In this document: piece after piece, positions 1-13,020 of the stretch | How positions within the stretch are numbered: the stretch's first letter is position 1 | Layout: each line of letters begins with the position of its first letter | Assembly: GCA_964016885.1 (NCBI GenBank) | Contig: OZ024740.1 | Location: 272,800,001 to 272,864,000 of the forward strand | DNA length: 64,000 bases | Direction of reading: 5' to 3' | Source of the DNA: Eledone cirrhosa | Taxonomy: Eukaryota | Notes under the pieces: model-generated | What the model saw: the letters and a program-made list of their open reading frames with translations, nothing else | Told to the model about the DNA's origin: nothing | Database searches by the model: none | Translations under genes and position numbers: made by a program

Positions 1-2284
1 TAGAATAGAATTGATCTAGATTTAAACAACAGAAGGAAAACAACTCTTAATGTTTTATGCTTGAATATTACATATATCATGGTATTTATTCTTCTAAGCC
101 CTCTATGAAGACAAATAAGAATATAAACATCCGTGCAATGGCAAAGCCCATAAAGACACACTATCTGTAATGAAGACCATTTCATAAAGACCTCCCCCTA
201 CATTTTGATTAAAGAAGAGAGAAAAGATATACATTGGAAGATCCAACTTAACAAATGCGTCAAAGGCAGAGGTAAAAAAACGACAACTCGCGCACATAAA
301 CTTAGCTTCTAGACAAATAAAACTTTAAACCAGTGGTTACGGAAACAACTGGTATTGCTGGGAAATCGTTGAAGTGTTTTTTTATGAATGGCATCAGAGC
401 AAATATAGTTGAAGCAACGGCTTCTACTTCATGTCTATGATAGTAAATTGGCTTGGAAATATTTCCTGTGTTAAATATCGCTTTGTGTGTCAATGTGCTT
501 TTGGATAGACAAGATGGATAAACAATATTTTAAATAGAAATATCTGTCTGAGAAAAGAAGTAAAACTCAATAGATACGAAAAAAAAGACTTTCACACGCA
601 CAACATATGAAGACAAACACAAGACATAATCCAAGAATATCCATGAGAATATAAAACATACATCACACGATCTATGATGACAAATCAATGACACGCGCAG
701 ACACATGATCAATAAAGACAAATACAAAAGATAGTTATATATGCAGCTACACAAGCTATGAAAAGAACGAGACACTAAGACATAATCCATGATGACACAT
801 AATAGACAATCATAAGAATACTTCATGATACTCGACACACACACAGAAAAAAGTAATAATACACTCAAGCCCACACATTCTTTAAAATGACCATTATGAA
901 CATAAAATATAGAAAATATTATATTGTTTACTATATTATATGCGTTATATAACATGTAATAATTGTATTGTTTTCGTGGGGCTCTGGACTAAATACTTTG
1001 CGGATTTCTAATTGTTTTCTTACGTTCTAAGTTCAAATTCTGCCGATATCGATTGTGCATTTTATTCTCTTGGAGTAGATAAATTAGTAGAAAACACACA
1101 AACACACCTAGCTAAATCTGTGAAACCTGTGTGGGAAATGAATATCATGTATCAATGTTACATATAAACACTCATAGAAGCACACATACATGCAGGCACA
1201 TACAATTAGATAATGCAATTTGTAAAAGAAATTACTTCAAATTTCCCAAAGGGGGGAAATAGATGTAATATAAGTCGACAACAGAAATTCTATGACGTAG
1301 ATCAGCAATGGTTGCACTCGTTATTGTAATCGGTTTCTTCAAATCTCCATTGCGATTAGTAAATTTGGGGATTGCATATTGGGCAGCTCAATATTTATGC
1401 TGTCATGAGTTGACTATCTGTTTATCTTTGAAGACTGGGGCTTGCAGTCCTTTATCCTTGTTGTCAAGTAGTAGACTCCATACACTACTATTGGGCATAT
1501 AAGTTGAACCTGACCTAGCCCTTACCATTTTAAACATTCCGCTATAGCACATTTGAATTCCGCCTCGTGTTATTTGCGTACTGTTAATATTAGTTCTTGT
1601 TTCTTTTGTATTTTTATAACATTTATGTCCTATTTGCTCGTCTGAAAGATATTTTTATACTGTAGAACTATCTATATATCGTGATAAGAAAGATGTGCTA
1701 AAGGGGACTTAAATGTAAATGAAATATAGCTGTTTATTTTTTGTTTTCCCTGAAAGAGATGTTCAATATGGGTTCATTCCTCGTCATAATAGTGGTCCAG
1801 ATGTTTGCAGTTTGTTTTTTGTTATTGTCTATGGCTTTATTGTCTATGGCTTGTTTTATATTTTGATTGGTTGATGTGTTTAATTACCTGCTTTCAGATA
1901 ATCTATCATTTTCAATTTCGTGGAATTTAGTCATCAAATTGATTTGATCTGTTGGAGCTGTTAGTGCTTTTGGTTGATCGTTGTTCAGTGCTTCTATTAA
2001 GTTTATCACTGAAGCTTTCCTGGTCTATAATGTGATTTGGTATATTTCTAATTTGTATCAGAATATCTGCCATATGATGGATAGTCATATTTAGTGTATG
2101 CATTACTAATTTGTTTTTGGTGGATTTGTTTTCTCCGTATAGTTATTGGTTTTGCGTAGTGTGTTGTTTCATCGTGCCTGATGTTTACTAATTTTCTATT
2201 TGGTGAGCGAGGATTTCCGCACCGATTGTCACTGAAACTGTACGTTGCTGCAAGTACAAATCCAAGCCATTATATCTATCCGAT

Positions 2285-2470
2285 TAAATTGGCAGTGTCG
2301 GTAGAGGGTCGGACGCCATGCTTTCTAGCATAGTTATGTCCCTTTACAGTCTGAGTTCAAATCCCGCCGAGGTTAACTTTGCCTTTCATCATTACGGGGT
2401 CGATAAAATAAAGTACTAGTAATGTACTGGGTAATTGCTGGCCTTGTGCCTAAAGTAGAAACAATTATTT
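2285..2470 (+). mobile_element. SINE family 1 (tRNA-like head, MetaSINE-like core)
   Basis: B-box GAGTTCAAATCCC, core CTTTGCCTTTCATC..ACGGGGTCGATAAAATAAAGTAC, tail GGCCTTGTGCC..AGTAGAAACAATTATT; about 18 similar copies in the window. Confidence 0.85.
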
Positions 2471-2661
2471 GATAACAAAATAACCCAATGTAGATTGTAA
2501 ATCAAGATTTGTAGTTTTCTTTTCTTCATAGTGATATCAACACCAGGGTAAGGGCTTGTAATATTTTAGCTGAGCTGTTAAACAACGGGGACAATGGTCA
2601 AATATATAACTAGATATGTGTATACACCCACATATGTACGAAAACAACACACCCACATGAA

Positions 2662-2886
2662 TGAGGGTCGACTGAAAAGTTCATAGGCTGACTACGAAGG
2701 TGTGATGCTAGGGCTGTGAAATTTTGCAGGCATTAATTTCAATTCTCCTCATTAATAATAACTGTAACGGCTTCTTCCAAGGGACTATGTTCTATGTTGA
2801 AAAATAAATCTCATTTGGTCATTCCATGAGAGTATCTTAGTTAGTCTATGAACTCTTCAGACTATGAACTATTCAGCCGACCCTCG
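2662..2886. mobile_element. Tc1/mariner MITE
   Basis: TIRs GAGGGTCGACTGAAAAGTTCATAG ... CTATGAACTATTCAGCCGACCCTCG followed by TA; second copy at 59445-59716. Confidence 0.8.
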
Positions 2887-3232
2887 TATTTATATATGCT
2901 TACACATTCATAGACCTAAACTCGAAGGTTCTATGTAAGCCAACGGCATTAAACATTCATGCAAACTCTCACAAATTGACATGCATGTTTAGAAATCCCA
3001 TCCCCCCCAAAAAAGAGAACAAATATAATTAGAGGTAATGATCATTCAAATATCATTCTGAAATAGGATAGAAATTGGGGTAAGCCATATAAACTGTAAT
3101 ATATTTGATAGTGGTAAGCCATATAAACAATAACATATCTGAGGAAATTCCAAACTTAACGTTGCCAGCGTCATATCATAAACCAACACAATAAACTTTG
3201 TTACTGAATTGCCAGATTTATCCTCATTATAT

Positions 3233-3395
3233 GCGGCGGTGGATTGGCAGTATCGGTAGATGGTCGGACGTCATACTTTGATGCAAAGAGTTATGGCCAT
3301 TTCCATTCTGAGTTCAAATCCCGCCGAGGTTAATTTTGCCTTTCATCCTTACTGAGTAATTGCTGGCCTTGTGCCAAAAGTAGGAACAATTATAT
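3233..3395 (+). mobile_element. SINE family 1, internally deleted
   Basis: Head GCGGCGGTGGATTGGCAGTATCGGTAGA, B-box, core start, tail. Confidence 0.8.
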
Positions 3396-3529
3396 GTTGC
3401 CTGGTGTTGTTTTTTTTTGTTTTTTTATCTCAGATTCGTTCTTACTGAGTAGACCAAATATCAAATACAATTCATTTATCTTATAAGATAAATCACTATT
3501 GTAAAATTACGTTATGTATTTATAATCCT

Positions 3530-3680
3530 AGGCAGAGTCGTTAGAATGTCGGATATAATGCTTTGCAGTATTCGTTTCAGCGCTCTGCTTTCTGAGTTCA
3601 AATACCATCGAGGTCAACTTTGCTTTTCATCCATTCGAAGTCGATAAAAAAGTACCAGTCTAGTATTGGGTCAATCTTTC
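3530..3680 (+). mobile_element. SINE family 1, diverged
   Basis: GAGTTCAAATACCATCGAGGTCAACTTTGCTTTTCATCC..GTCGATAAAAAAGTACCAGT. Confidence 0.7.
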
Positions 3681-4365
3681 CTCTGTATCTCTTTCTCACT
3701 TCCATTCTGTCACTCCCCTTATCCTTCTTTAAAAACAAAAGCTTTTGTCTCATCCAAGTTGATCCATACTTCAACAATGCCAAATTACAAGTTTCTGTCC
3801 CATACTTTTTATGATGTATCGTATGATGTGGATCTTGTCGTAGATGGAACTGTCCAGAATCTCGCACGTTAGCGATTCTCCAACTCAACCACTGACGACA
3901 AGCACGAAGTTTGATTATGGGTTTGACATTTTCCTTCTTGTTGGTGTCTTTTCTCAACCATGTTATCACTACTAGACTCACGGAACATGTAATTCTACCT
4001 TTCTGCTGCAGACTACGGTAGACGTTTGCTATGAACACGTGAAGTTAATATGGAAGACCATCTAATAATAAAAATAATAATAACGGCAAACCTATAATAA
4101 CAACCACGTTCCTAGGCATGAAGACCAGATCTTTTCAAATATTATATATGTCTTATTGAATTCATTTATGTCATTATAACAGAGATTGACTGCATAATTG
4201 CGTAGGTAAGAAGAGAGAGAGAGAGAGAGAGGCATGAGAGTGAGATAGGTGGAGAGGAGAGAGCCTGGAAGAGAGAGAGAGCGTGAGGGCAGAGAGAGTG
4301 TGAGAGGAGAGAGAGTGTGAGGGGAGAGAGAGTGGGAGTGAGGTAGAGATAGTGTAAGAGTGGTT

Positions 4366-4397
<32 letters not shown>

Positions 4398-5065
4398 ATA
4401 GATTACAGAAGAAATACGGAATAGTGTGAGAGGAAGTGAGTGCTTCAAATATAATACCGTAGTTACTTTAGAACAATTTAAAATCCAAAATCAATTAATG
4501 CATTGCTTTAATGTGGGAAATGAAGAAATATTACAGAGGGAAATGCAAAGAATTAAACGAGAAAATTTCAATGAAGAAAACACATTTGATAAATGTAAAA
4601 AAAGAACAAAGAAAGACAATTTCACTCAGAAAAAACAAAACAAAAATTAAAACGAAAAGAAAAAAACAAAAAATACAATAGATATGATATGACAAAAAGA
4701 CAATAGATATGATATGAAAGCAAACAAGAAACAACCGTATATAATGATTTATATTTTTAATTTAGGCACATTTCATCCCTTCGAAGTTGATATAACAAAG
4801 TACCAGTCTAGTACTGGGATCGATTCTTCTTCTATATCTCTTTCTCATTTCCTTTCTCTCACTTCTTATCCTTCACTGGAAGAAATCGCCAAATTTGAAA
4901 ATGCCCTAGAAACGTTGTATTTTAAGACGTCGACCCCAAGACTTCCTCAGAAGTTACGGGACCATATATGCATGAAATTTAGGCACAACACCAACAATTT
5001 GGGAGTAAGAATAGACACAGAACTCGAGGAATACATACATATATACATTCATTCATACATGGATG

Positions 5066-5205
<140 letters not shown>

Positions 5206-5270
5206 AATATATATATGTGAGAGTATTGAAGTTTGCTTCAAGCATTGTGGAGTAATAAGATTTATTTATT

Positions 5271-5839
5271 TTGGTCGTTTTGGAAGCCTCAACAATGCAG
5301 ATGGGTAAATCTCCGGGTGACAGAATCCGGTGGTGAAGAGAGAGATATAAGGGAATGTAGAATGAGATATATAGTGTGTAGAGGAACATAGGAAAGAGCG
5401 TAAAAATAAAAATAATAACACGAGATAGAATTACCTTGGGTGAGAGATTTAATTGTCGATATATTTCGGATTCGCATCCATCAACTAAGGGGTTTTCGTG
5501 GGAGTGGGGGGGGGGGGGGGGGTTATCTCCGCTGTTTGTGACCAAAATAAATAAATAAACAGCAGACAGCAGTGGACACGTACCGTTCCTCTCCGACAGA
5601 TAACTCCCCCCCCCCTCCCGGAAAACCCCCAGTTGATGGAATGGTTGCGAATCCGAAATATAGGGTCAATTAAATCTCACCCAAGGTAACTCTATCTTGT
5701 GTTATTATTTTTACGCTCTTTCCTACGTTCCTCTAAACACTATACATCTCATTCTACATTCCCTTACATCTCTTTCTTCACCACCGGATTCTGTCACCAG
5801 GAGATTTACCCATCTGCTTTGCTGAGGCTTCCAAAACGA

Positions 5840-5843
<4 letters not shown>
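5271..5843. mobile_element. Inverted pair of repeat family D (putative PLE terminal repeat)
   Basis: Arm 5271-5530 is the reverse complement of about 5575-5843; third copy 62757-63020; ends abut (TA)n; hammerhead-like CAGTTGA..GAAAT..GTC at 5630-5667. Confidence 0.6.
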
Positions 5844-5926
<83 letters not shown>

Positions 5927-6508
5927 GTGCGTGTGTGTGTGTGCATGCATGCGTGTATGTATATTGAAAATCAAAAGATTAAATCGCACTATGGAAAGTC
6001 TTTATTTTTCTCGTAATGATAACATCAACTCTACCATAAACAAGAATAAATAATATAGAAGTTACGATAAATCAAGCGCATTTATCACCGCATGACTCAC
6101 TGTCTATCTTTTCGATTTACTCAACTATTATTTTTAGTTTCCAAGTATGATTATAGTTATCAGAATTGTGGTTACTGCATTTTCAAATATATATCTACAC
6201 TTATTCTTTCTTTTACTATGGGGCTTACCTTTTCAGTGAGCTCCGTTGGAATGTAATTGTATTTACTAAACCCTGAACACAATTACAAGAAAGGTGAAGA
6301 ACATTCTTTGTAAATACGATCGCTCGTATACAGGAACCTGACTGGCCAGTCCGTTGATATGCAAATTTGGCTGATCAGTGGATCTGCTAATATGTAGATC
6401 TGACTGATTAGCCAGTCTGTTAATGTGCAAATGAGGCCAATCAGTCACTACATATTTTAGAAAATGTCATATATTTTCACTAGCTCTGACAGTTGGCAGG
6501 TGAACAGT

Positions 6509-6558
6509 GAACTTTACTGATGAAGGGTAACGCCCAGAAACATTAGTGTCTGCAGTTC
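6509..6558 (+). ncRNA. Minimal type I hammerhead ribozyme
   Basis: gaacttta-CTGATGA-a-GGG taacg CCC-a-GAAACA ttag TGTC-tgcagttc: full core, stems I/II/III, GUC triplet at 6548-6550. Confidence 0.8.
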
Positions 6559-6659
6559 TGTTTACATGCCAACACAAGAACAAGAATGAGGGGCTCATTC
6601 TACTGACATGGCTTTAAAAATGAGGCTTGTTTACATAATTTCAAACGATATATATATAT

Positions 6660-6701
<42 letters not shown>

Positions 6702-6706
<5 letters not shown>

Positions 6707-6895
6707 TTAATATAGAAATAGCTTCTAGAGGACTATAACTTTTTCATTCGAAAGAAATCATCAGGGCTTTCTTGATGAATTCTTTCGAATGAAACAGTTC
6801 TTGTATTGTAGAAGCCATTTCCATATTATACTTTATGTTTAAACTCTACTAATATATTGAGTACCTTACTTACTGTGGATACCCTCGACTGAACA
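6702..6895 (+). mobile_element. TA-embedded fold-back module, family B (twin hammerhead cores)
   Basis: Palindrome 6721-6815 with a TGATGA..GAAA core on each strand; ACTC..TT-GAGT helix 6843-6862; homologous to 32451-32640. Confidence 0.65.
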
Positions 6896-6911
6896 CAGAC
6901 ATACACACAGA

Positions 6912-7012
<101 letters not shown>

Positions 7013-7099
7013 GTATAATGAAAAATAAAAGTTACGGGCGAAAGAGGGTAATATCCATTGTCATGGATATTACCTTGCTCTTGTGTTGGCATGTAAACA

Positions 7100-7149
7100 G
7101 AACTGCAGACACTAATGTTTCTGGGCGTTACCCTTCATCAGTAAAGTTC
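7100..7149 (-). ncRNA. Minimal type I hammerhead ribozyme (copy 2)
   Basis: Exact reverse complement of 6509-6558. Confidence 0.8.
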
Positions 7150-8206
7150 ACTGTTCACCTGCTAACTGTCAGAGCTAGTGAAAATATATGATATTTTCTA
7201 AAATATGCAGTGACTGATTGGCCTCATGGATATTAACTTTTATTTTTTATTATATTTAATTGTAACCACACAGCTCGCCATTTCATATATATATATATAT
7301 GTGTATACATAACGGATAAAGGATGATTAACACGGATAAAGCGATATGATAGGGTTTTATTCCAAGCATTAACATATATTTCATCGCTTAATATGCAATT
7401 AATTATGTCTTCATATCGCTATCGTCAACTGTTGATTAGTTATTGAAAAATTCGATTTAAAATACACAGAATAACGCAGTTACTAGGTGAATTAACGAAA
7501 CACTGATCGTTGAACCAGTCATACAACGGTTTTATACCAAATAACATAAACATTAAGATGAAAAATAAAAGAAACTGAGAGAAAATTATATATTTGAGGG
7601 GGTTATAAAAGATTGGAATATCACGTGGAAAAAATATACAACAGAAATGAAAAAATAAAAAATAAAATAAAAATAAAGGTGAAGAATAGAAAATGAAAAA
7701 TACGGAGCATATTACCAGGTTTTAGGTAGGTGTATCTATACACTGTCAGGTTCACTTACAGCTGATTGGTTATATATACACCATTTAAGATAGATTGATT
7801 ACCAATTGGTAGAACTGGTGCTTCTGGCTGGCAAACAATGATGTAAGAATCAAAGTACGCTATGTTATGCGGCCATCCATCTTCGATGTGGTATCCAGTA
7901 GTTGGTACAGGAAAGGAATAAAGTATTTATCAAAGAAAAACAGAAGACCGAAGTGGAAAATATGCTTCAAAATTTTAATTGCGTGAAATCACTAAACATA
8001 TTTCGATGGCCCAGCTCCCTCCTCCAAATATGAGGCATAGTCAGTTGCCCACGGCTTCTACTGGAATCCGCTAGACGGCGTTGGCCGTCAGCCCTTAATT
8101 ATTCATAGCTGGGCTTTCAAAATGTTTACTTATTAAACATACCGTATATATTTAGATTTACAAAATTCCCTTACATGTATGTATGCAGCTATGCCAAAGC
8201 TAAATA

Positions 8207-8249
<43 letters not shown>

Positions 8250-8253
<4 letters not shown>

Positions 8254-9998
8254 GTTTGAATATGTATAATAAAGCCAAAACAATGCAGGTATGGACATAG
8301 AAAAAAGAATGCAATTGCAAAAGATATTGTTGATAAATCGTCTTTTACCTTAGATTTATTTAAATGTCCTTAATTTTCGAGATAATATCTCTTCTTCAGA
8401 GGGAAATAAAGGTCTCAAACCAGCGTTCTAAATATCTTACCAAGCCATGCTGACAGGAAATAGTATAGAGTATCTGTTCTATCTCTAATGTCAAAGAGTT
8501 AAAATTAGGTGGATAAAGAGTAGCCTCCCTTTAAAAGGGGTTTGTTTAGGGTTTTTTTTATATATATTTTTTTAATATACATGCCTGTTTAAGTGTGTGG
8601 GAGAATGCATGAAGGTGTAAGTATGTGAGTGTGTGTGTGTGAGTGTGAGAAGATAAGTCTATTCGTAAATGTGGGAGATAGGTGTTATCTGGTGTTAGAA
8701 CTGGTTTTGTGTGTGTATGTGTGAGAGAGAATAAGTGGAGGTGCAAGCGTGTGTGTGTGTGGAGTGTGTAAATATGGGGCTAGAAGCCCTATCAGGTTAT
8801 AAATTGGGTGCTGAGTCCTAGTCTATTATTGATTGGTGGTTGTGTTTTATCTATAATTAGTGATTCCTTAATTCTAAGATTGCCGAGGTTTCTTTCCTTA
8901 GTTTCTATCCTAACTGTTATGGTTTTGTCGGTGTTTTTGCATTTAACTAGGTGTTTCTTAAATGAGGAAGCGTTAGTATTGAGGTGTTCTTTTATTCTTA
9001 TGTGGAGTGGTCTGGTGGTGCTACCTACGTAGAAGTTGTTGCATTTATCACACTCTAGTCTGTATACGACGTAAGCCTGGTGGCATAGGTCTGTCGTTGA
9101 TGAGGCAGTTGGCTAGTCTGCAGCAGTTGTCATGTCTGGTGGAGTGTCTTTTGGTTAGCTGTCCGCGTAGGGAAGGACCTGAGTGGGCCAGTTGGATATT
9201 TAGTCCCTCTCGTCTGATGGCTCTGCGGATGGCTGTTGTTGTTTCTTCACTGAAGAGTGGGAGCTTCAGGAAGCAAGTGTTAGTGCCTCAGGTGTGGTGT
9301 CCTCTGTTCTTTCTGGCACGGTTTGTGGTGGATGTCGTGTATCCGTTCAGTTTGAGTACTTCCAGGAAATGTGTGGTGTGTGTGTCTCGGTCTCTAGCGT
9401 CGGTGCATTTGTTCCGGATACGTGCCAGTTCGTTCTTTATGTATCCGAACTTGGCCCCGAGTGGGAGGGCCGAACTGAAATGTACGAACAGGTCCCTGCT
9501 GGCGGCTTTTTTTTATAGAAGCAGGTGTGGATGTTGCCTTCCTCTGTTACCCTGAGTTGGAAGTCCAGTAGGGATAGGGATCCGCGGTCATCGGGGAGGT
9601 TCCATGCTGAACTTTATACTGGCGTCCATGCTGGAGAATGTTGTGTATATTTTATCTGCCTCCTCACGGGATGATGTAAGGATGAGTATGTCATCTACAT
9701 ATCGGGTGAAGAAGGCATGGGAGTGGCAGGTGTTGAGGGCTCGGCATTCTAGCTGGTTCATGTAGGTGATGGCCAGCAGGCCCGATAGGCTGCATCCCAT
9801 GGGTAATCCTGTTGTCTGTCTGTATGTGTGGTGGTGGAAGGTGAAGTACGTGTTGTCTACTGTGAAGGACAAAAGCTCGTGTATGTCCGTCGGGTGGAGG
9901 CCGTAGCAGTGGATGTCCTCTGCGACCACGCAGTCCGTCAATAAATCGACAGCTGGATGAGCGGGGACTGTAGTGTAGAGGGAGACAACGTCTAGGCT
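8250..9998 (-). mobile_element. 5'-truncated Penelope-like retroelement (PLE1)
   Basis: RT and GIY-YIG remnants, 3' region with degenerate hammerhead CTGAAGA-a-GAGAT att ATCTC-GAAA at about 8365-8400; both ends abut (TA)n. Confidence 0.9.
8792..9998 (-). pseudogene. PLE reverse transcriptase + GIY-YIG endonuclease, frameshifted
   Basis: SLDVVSLYTTVP, GLPMGCSLSGLLA, RYVDDIL; downstream VVYRLECDKCNNFYVGSTTRPLHIRIKEHL; stop at 8792-8794. Confidence 0.9.
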
Positions 9999-10009
9999 AT
10001 GTATATATA

Positions 10010-10555
10010 TATAAACGGAAAAAATGAAACGAAATTTCATTTCCCACTCTTAGTACGGCTGTTACTTAAATATAAGTATATATACGTACATACATATATG
10101 TATACAGACGTACAGTAGTATGTATATATATATACATACATGCACATATATATATATATATGTACGTATGGATTTACCAAACATTTATTATAATGCCTAG
10201 TGTGTTTGTAAACAAACAGCCCGAATTAAGCCGTACAGTGTTTAGCAACCAACGTGCCCTTTTGTTCACACTGACAAAGGAACGATGTAGCTAATAAGCT
10301 ATCGTCAAAACCGTAAACCTTCCTGCCAGATGATTGAACGTCTGAAAGTATATACTTTCCTTATGCATATTAACGGCTGAGCAGCCTAATTTGCATATCG
10401 AGTGAGTTAATCGGCCGGGCGCACCGAAAACGATAAACGGAAAAAATGAAACGAAATTTCATTTCTCACTCTTAGTACGGCTGTTACTTAAATATAAGTA
10501 TGTATACGTACATACATATATGTATACAGACGTACAGTAGTATGTATATATATAC

Positions 10556-10570
<15 letters not shown>
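10010..10570. repeat. Direct repeat of about 130 bp (10010-10140 and 10435-10565)
   Basis: ATAAACGGAAAAAATGAAACGAAATTTCATTTC..CTTAGTACGGCTGTTAC occurs twice; hammerhead-like CAGATGA..GAAAGTATATACTT between them at about 10327-10358. Confidence 0.7.
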
Positions 10571-10608
<38 letters not shown>

Positions 10609-10611
<3 letters not shown>

Positions 10612-10686
10612 GGTGTCCCCAAAAAATGTTTACATACGTCAACATCATTCAAATAAAAGTATGTATACACTTTTTGGGACTCCCTG
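10609..10686. mobile_element. 78-bp Tc1/mariner MITE
   Basis: TIRs CAGGGTGTCCCCAAAAAATGTTTACATAC / GTATGTATACACTTTTTGGGACTCCCTG, TA on both sides. Confidence 0.85.
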
Positions 10687-10949
10687 TATATATATATATA
10701 TATAAATCTGACGAAGGGTTCTTTCCGAGAATTAGATTTAGTTTCTTCCTCACGGCATAAAATATATTCTACCACTTGAATTATTTGCAGAACATCACGT
10801 ACTGTTCGATACTACTGTTTTAATTTGAATAGTTTGTTAAAGACATTGGTGCCTCTCAGTTATATCCTAGCATTTTGACATCCTTAAGCAATCTTACCTT
10901 ATTCTATTCCTGTCCATCTTTCCGATTTGCTACTCTTCTCTATGACTTT

Positions 10950-10956
10950 GATCTCA

Positions 10957-11038
<82 letters not shown>

Positions 11039-11103
11039 GCACTCACCCAGAAATGGGCAGAGTGCAAACTATCCTTGAAAGGTCGAGCGGAGGTGGCGAA
11101 CAC

Positions 11104-11140
<37 letters not shown>
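10950..11140. repeat. (TATC)n microsatellite containing a 70-bp internal Tx1 fragment (11036-11105)
   Basis: Fragment matches ORF2 sequence at about 11350-11420. Confidence 0.85.
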
Positions 11141-11141
<1 letters not shown>

Positions 11142-12465
11142 CTTACTGGAGGAGTACGAAAAGTTCACAGGGGCTAAGCTGAACCGGGACAAGTCGATCG
11201 GTTTGCAACTCGGCACGTGGAGGGGCAGACCGATGCCCTCCGATAGCGTCGTCGGACGCTGGACGGAGGGCCCGGTGAAGTTGCTCGGGGTCTGGTTCGG
11301 ACCGGACCTCCAGGTGGAGAAAAACTGGGCGGAGGTTACGAACAGGGTGTTTGCACTGACCCAGAAGTGGGCCAGTTGCAAACTATCCCTGAAAGGTCGG
11401 GCGGAGGTGGCGAACACCTACATAGCGTCCGTCATCTACTACCGCCTGACCGTAGTGCCCTGCCCAAGGGAAACCCTCACCAAGATGGAGCGCGCGCTCT
11501 TCCAATTCCTTTGGAAGAGGCGGGCTCCTATGGTGAGGAGATCCATCTGCTGTCAACACCCTTCGAAAGGAGGGCTGGGGATGCCGTGGCTAATGATGCG
11601 TAAACACGCATTAAGGCTACGGCACCTCTACGTATTCCTCACCGGACAACCGGTGTGGGCCTCGTTTGTGAGACGAACCTTTCCCAGACTCGTCTCACTC
11701 ACCGAGCTGCAATCCTGGGTCAAGCAAAGACCGAGAAAACTGGGCGCCTGGCACACTGAGTGTGCCCAGGCGCTCACCGCCCTCTGGCAGGCGGATCCGG
11801 TTGTCAGTGGAGACTCCACCGCAACATTCTATAGAGGGCTGGTACGCAACAGGTGCGACGACGCCCTCGGAGAAGCCCTAGACATGGAGGAGGACGAACT
11901 GGCTAGCCTGTTCGGTAGGACATTCAGCCCGGGACCTATGGACAACTTCCAGAAGTCCCTGGCCTGGCAGTGCTACCGAGGGGCTTTACCCGTTCGAGAA
12001 AGGCTCTACAGACACGGGCGCCCGGGTAGGGACCCCGCCAAAAAGATCTGTCCCAGATGCGTGTGCGACGAGGAAACCGTTGCACACGCATTAGTACACT
12101 GCTCGGGCGTAGCCGATCTGTGGGGCTATGTCGAACAACTGCTGTCAAGGGTGGGACCGATCCGGCTGACCACCGAGTCTATTGTAATGATCAAGCCGCC
12201 TCCCCCCTTCAAAGATGAAGCAGAGGCGGTGTTTCTGTGCGTAATAGCCATGGCGAAAGAGGTTGTATGGTGGACGCGTCTGAAAGGACTGAGGTCGGGC
12301 ACCTTTCTCTCTGGCCAACAACTGGTCCGTTTCTTCCGATATCATTTCGGAAGAAGGATCAGGATGGAGAGAGAGGTGCTGCACCCCAGCCGTTTCTATG
12401 AAAGATGGGTGAAAGTGGCGAGAATGGCCCGTGTGAATGGGCCTTCACTCTACATCAGACTATAG
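11141..12465 (+). pseudogene. Tx1/L1 ORF2 C-terminal part (RT thumb region + CCHC zinc knuckle); open frame, no start
   Basis: GAKLNRDKS..VKLLGVWFG..LSLKGRAEVAN..KGGLGMP..CPRCVCDEETVAHALVHC; the listed ORF start (10927) is microsatellite read-through. Confidence 0.9.
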
Positions 12466-12727
12466 GTGAGGAAGATGAAAGACCAAGGGAGCACCCCCTC
12501 TCTGTGCTCCTGAGGAGAAGGGTTGCACACTTTTTTCGGGGGTGTGTGCGACCCCCCAAGGCGCCTCCTCTCTATTGAGGATTTTGTTAAAAATTTTATT
12601 TTTTGTTATATCTTATTTTATTTTTATATTTTGTTATTGCCTCCTCCTTATTGAGGACGCCTTTTTGTGTAAACTCCCCCCATTGTACTTGTCCCACTTT
12701 TGATGCCCTAGTGGCAAATAAAAGAAA
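11141..12727 (+). mobile_element. 5'-truncated Tx1/L1-clade LINE, copy A
   Basis: ORF2 C-terminus plus 3' UTR ending GTGGCAAATAAAGAAA joined to (TATC)n. Confidence 0.9.
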
Positions 12728-12748
12728 TATATCTATCTATCTATCTAT

Positions 12749-12988
12749 AGGTTGGGGAAAAAGAGGAAGAGAGGAAAGGGGTACACACTCTTCGTACTCC
12801 TGGAGATGAGGGTTGCACATTTTTTCGGGGGTATGTGTTACCCATATGAACTGTCTCCCCCTATTGGGGAAAAATCGACTAATTTTTTAAATTGCATTTG
12901 TGATAATATTTTACACGTTTTTATTGTATGTAAACCTCCCCCTTTGTATTTGTCCCCTTCTTTTGTGCCCCTGTGGCTAATAAAGAAA
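12749..12988 (+). mobile_element. Tx1 LINE copy B (3' UTR only)
   Basis: Ends CTGTGGCTAATAAAGAAA then (TATC)n. Confidence 0.8.
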
Positions 12989-13020
12989 CATATCTATCTA
13001 TCTATCAATCTATCTATCTA

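Noticed and set aside
100-500. Plus-strand KIYIGRS..KKRQLAH resembling a GIY-YIG motif
   Set aside because: Short, surrounded by stops, spacing unconvincing; needs a profile search.
1280-1580. Minus-strand DKG..YAIPKF..KKPITITS resembling PLE RT motifs
   Set aside because: Too degenerate; no downstream RT motifs found.
3700-4040. YGTETCNL resembling RTE YGCETWTL
   Set aside because: Single weak motif; not enough to call.
7990-8130. Long hairpin GCCCAGCT..AGCTGGGC between TTGAAA and GAAATATGTT (minus strand)
   Set aside because: Hammerhead-like layout but the core is incomplete; the same applies to 10708-10735 and 35660-35735.
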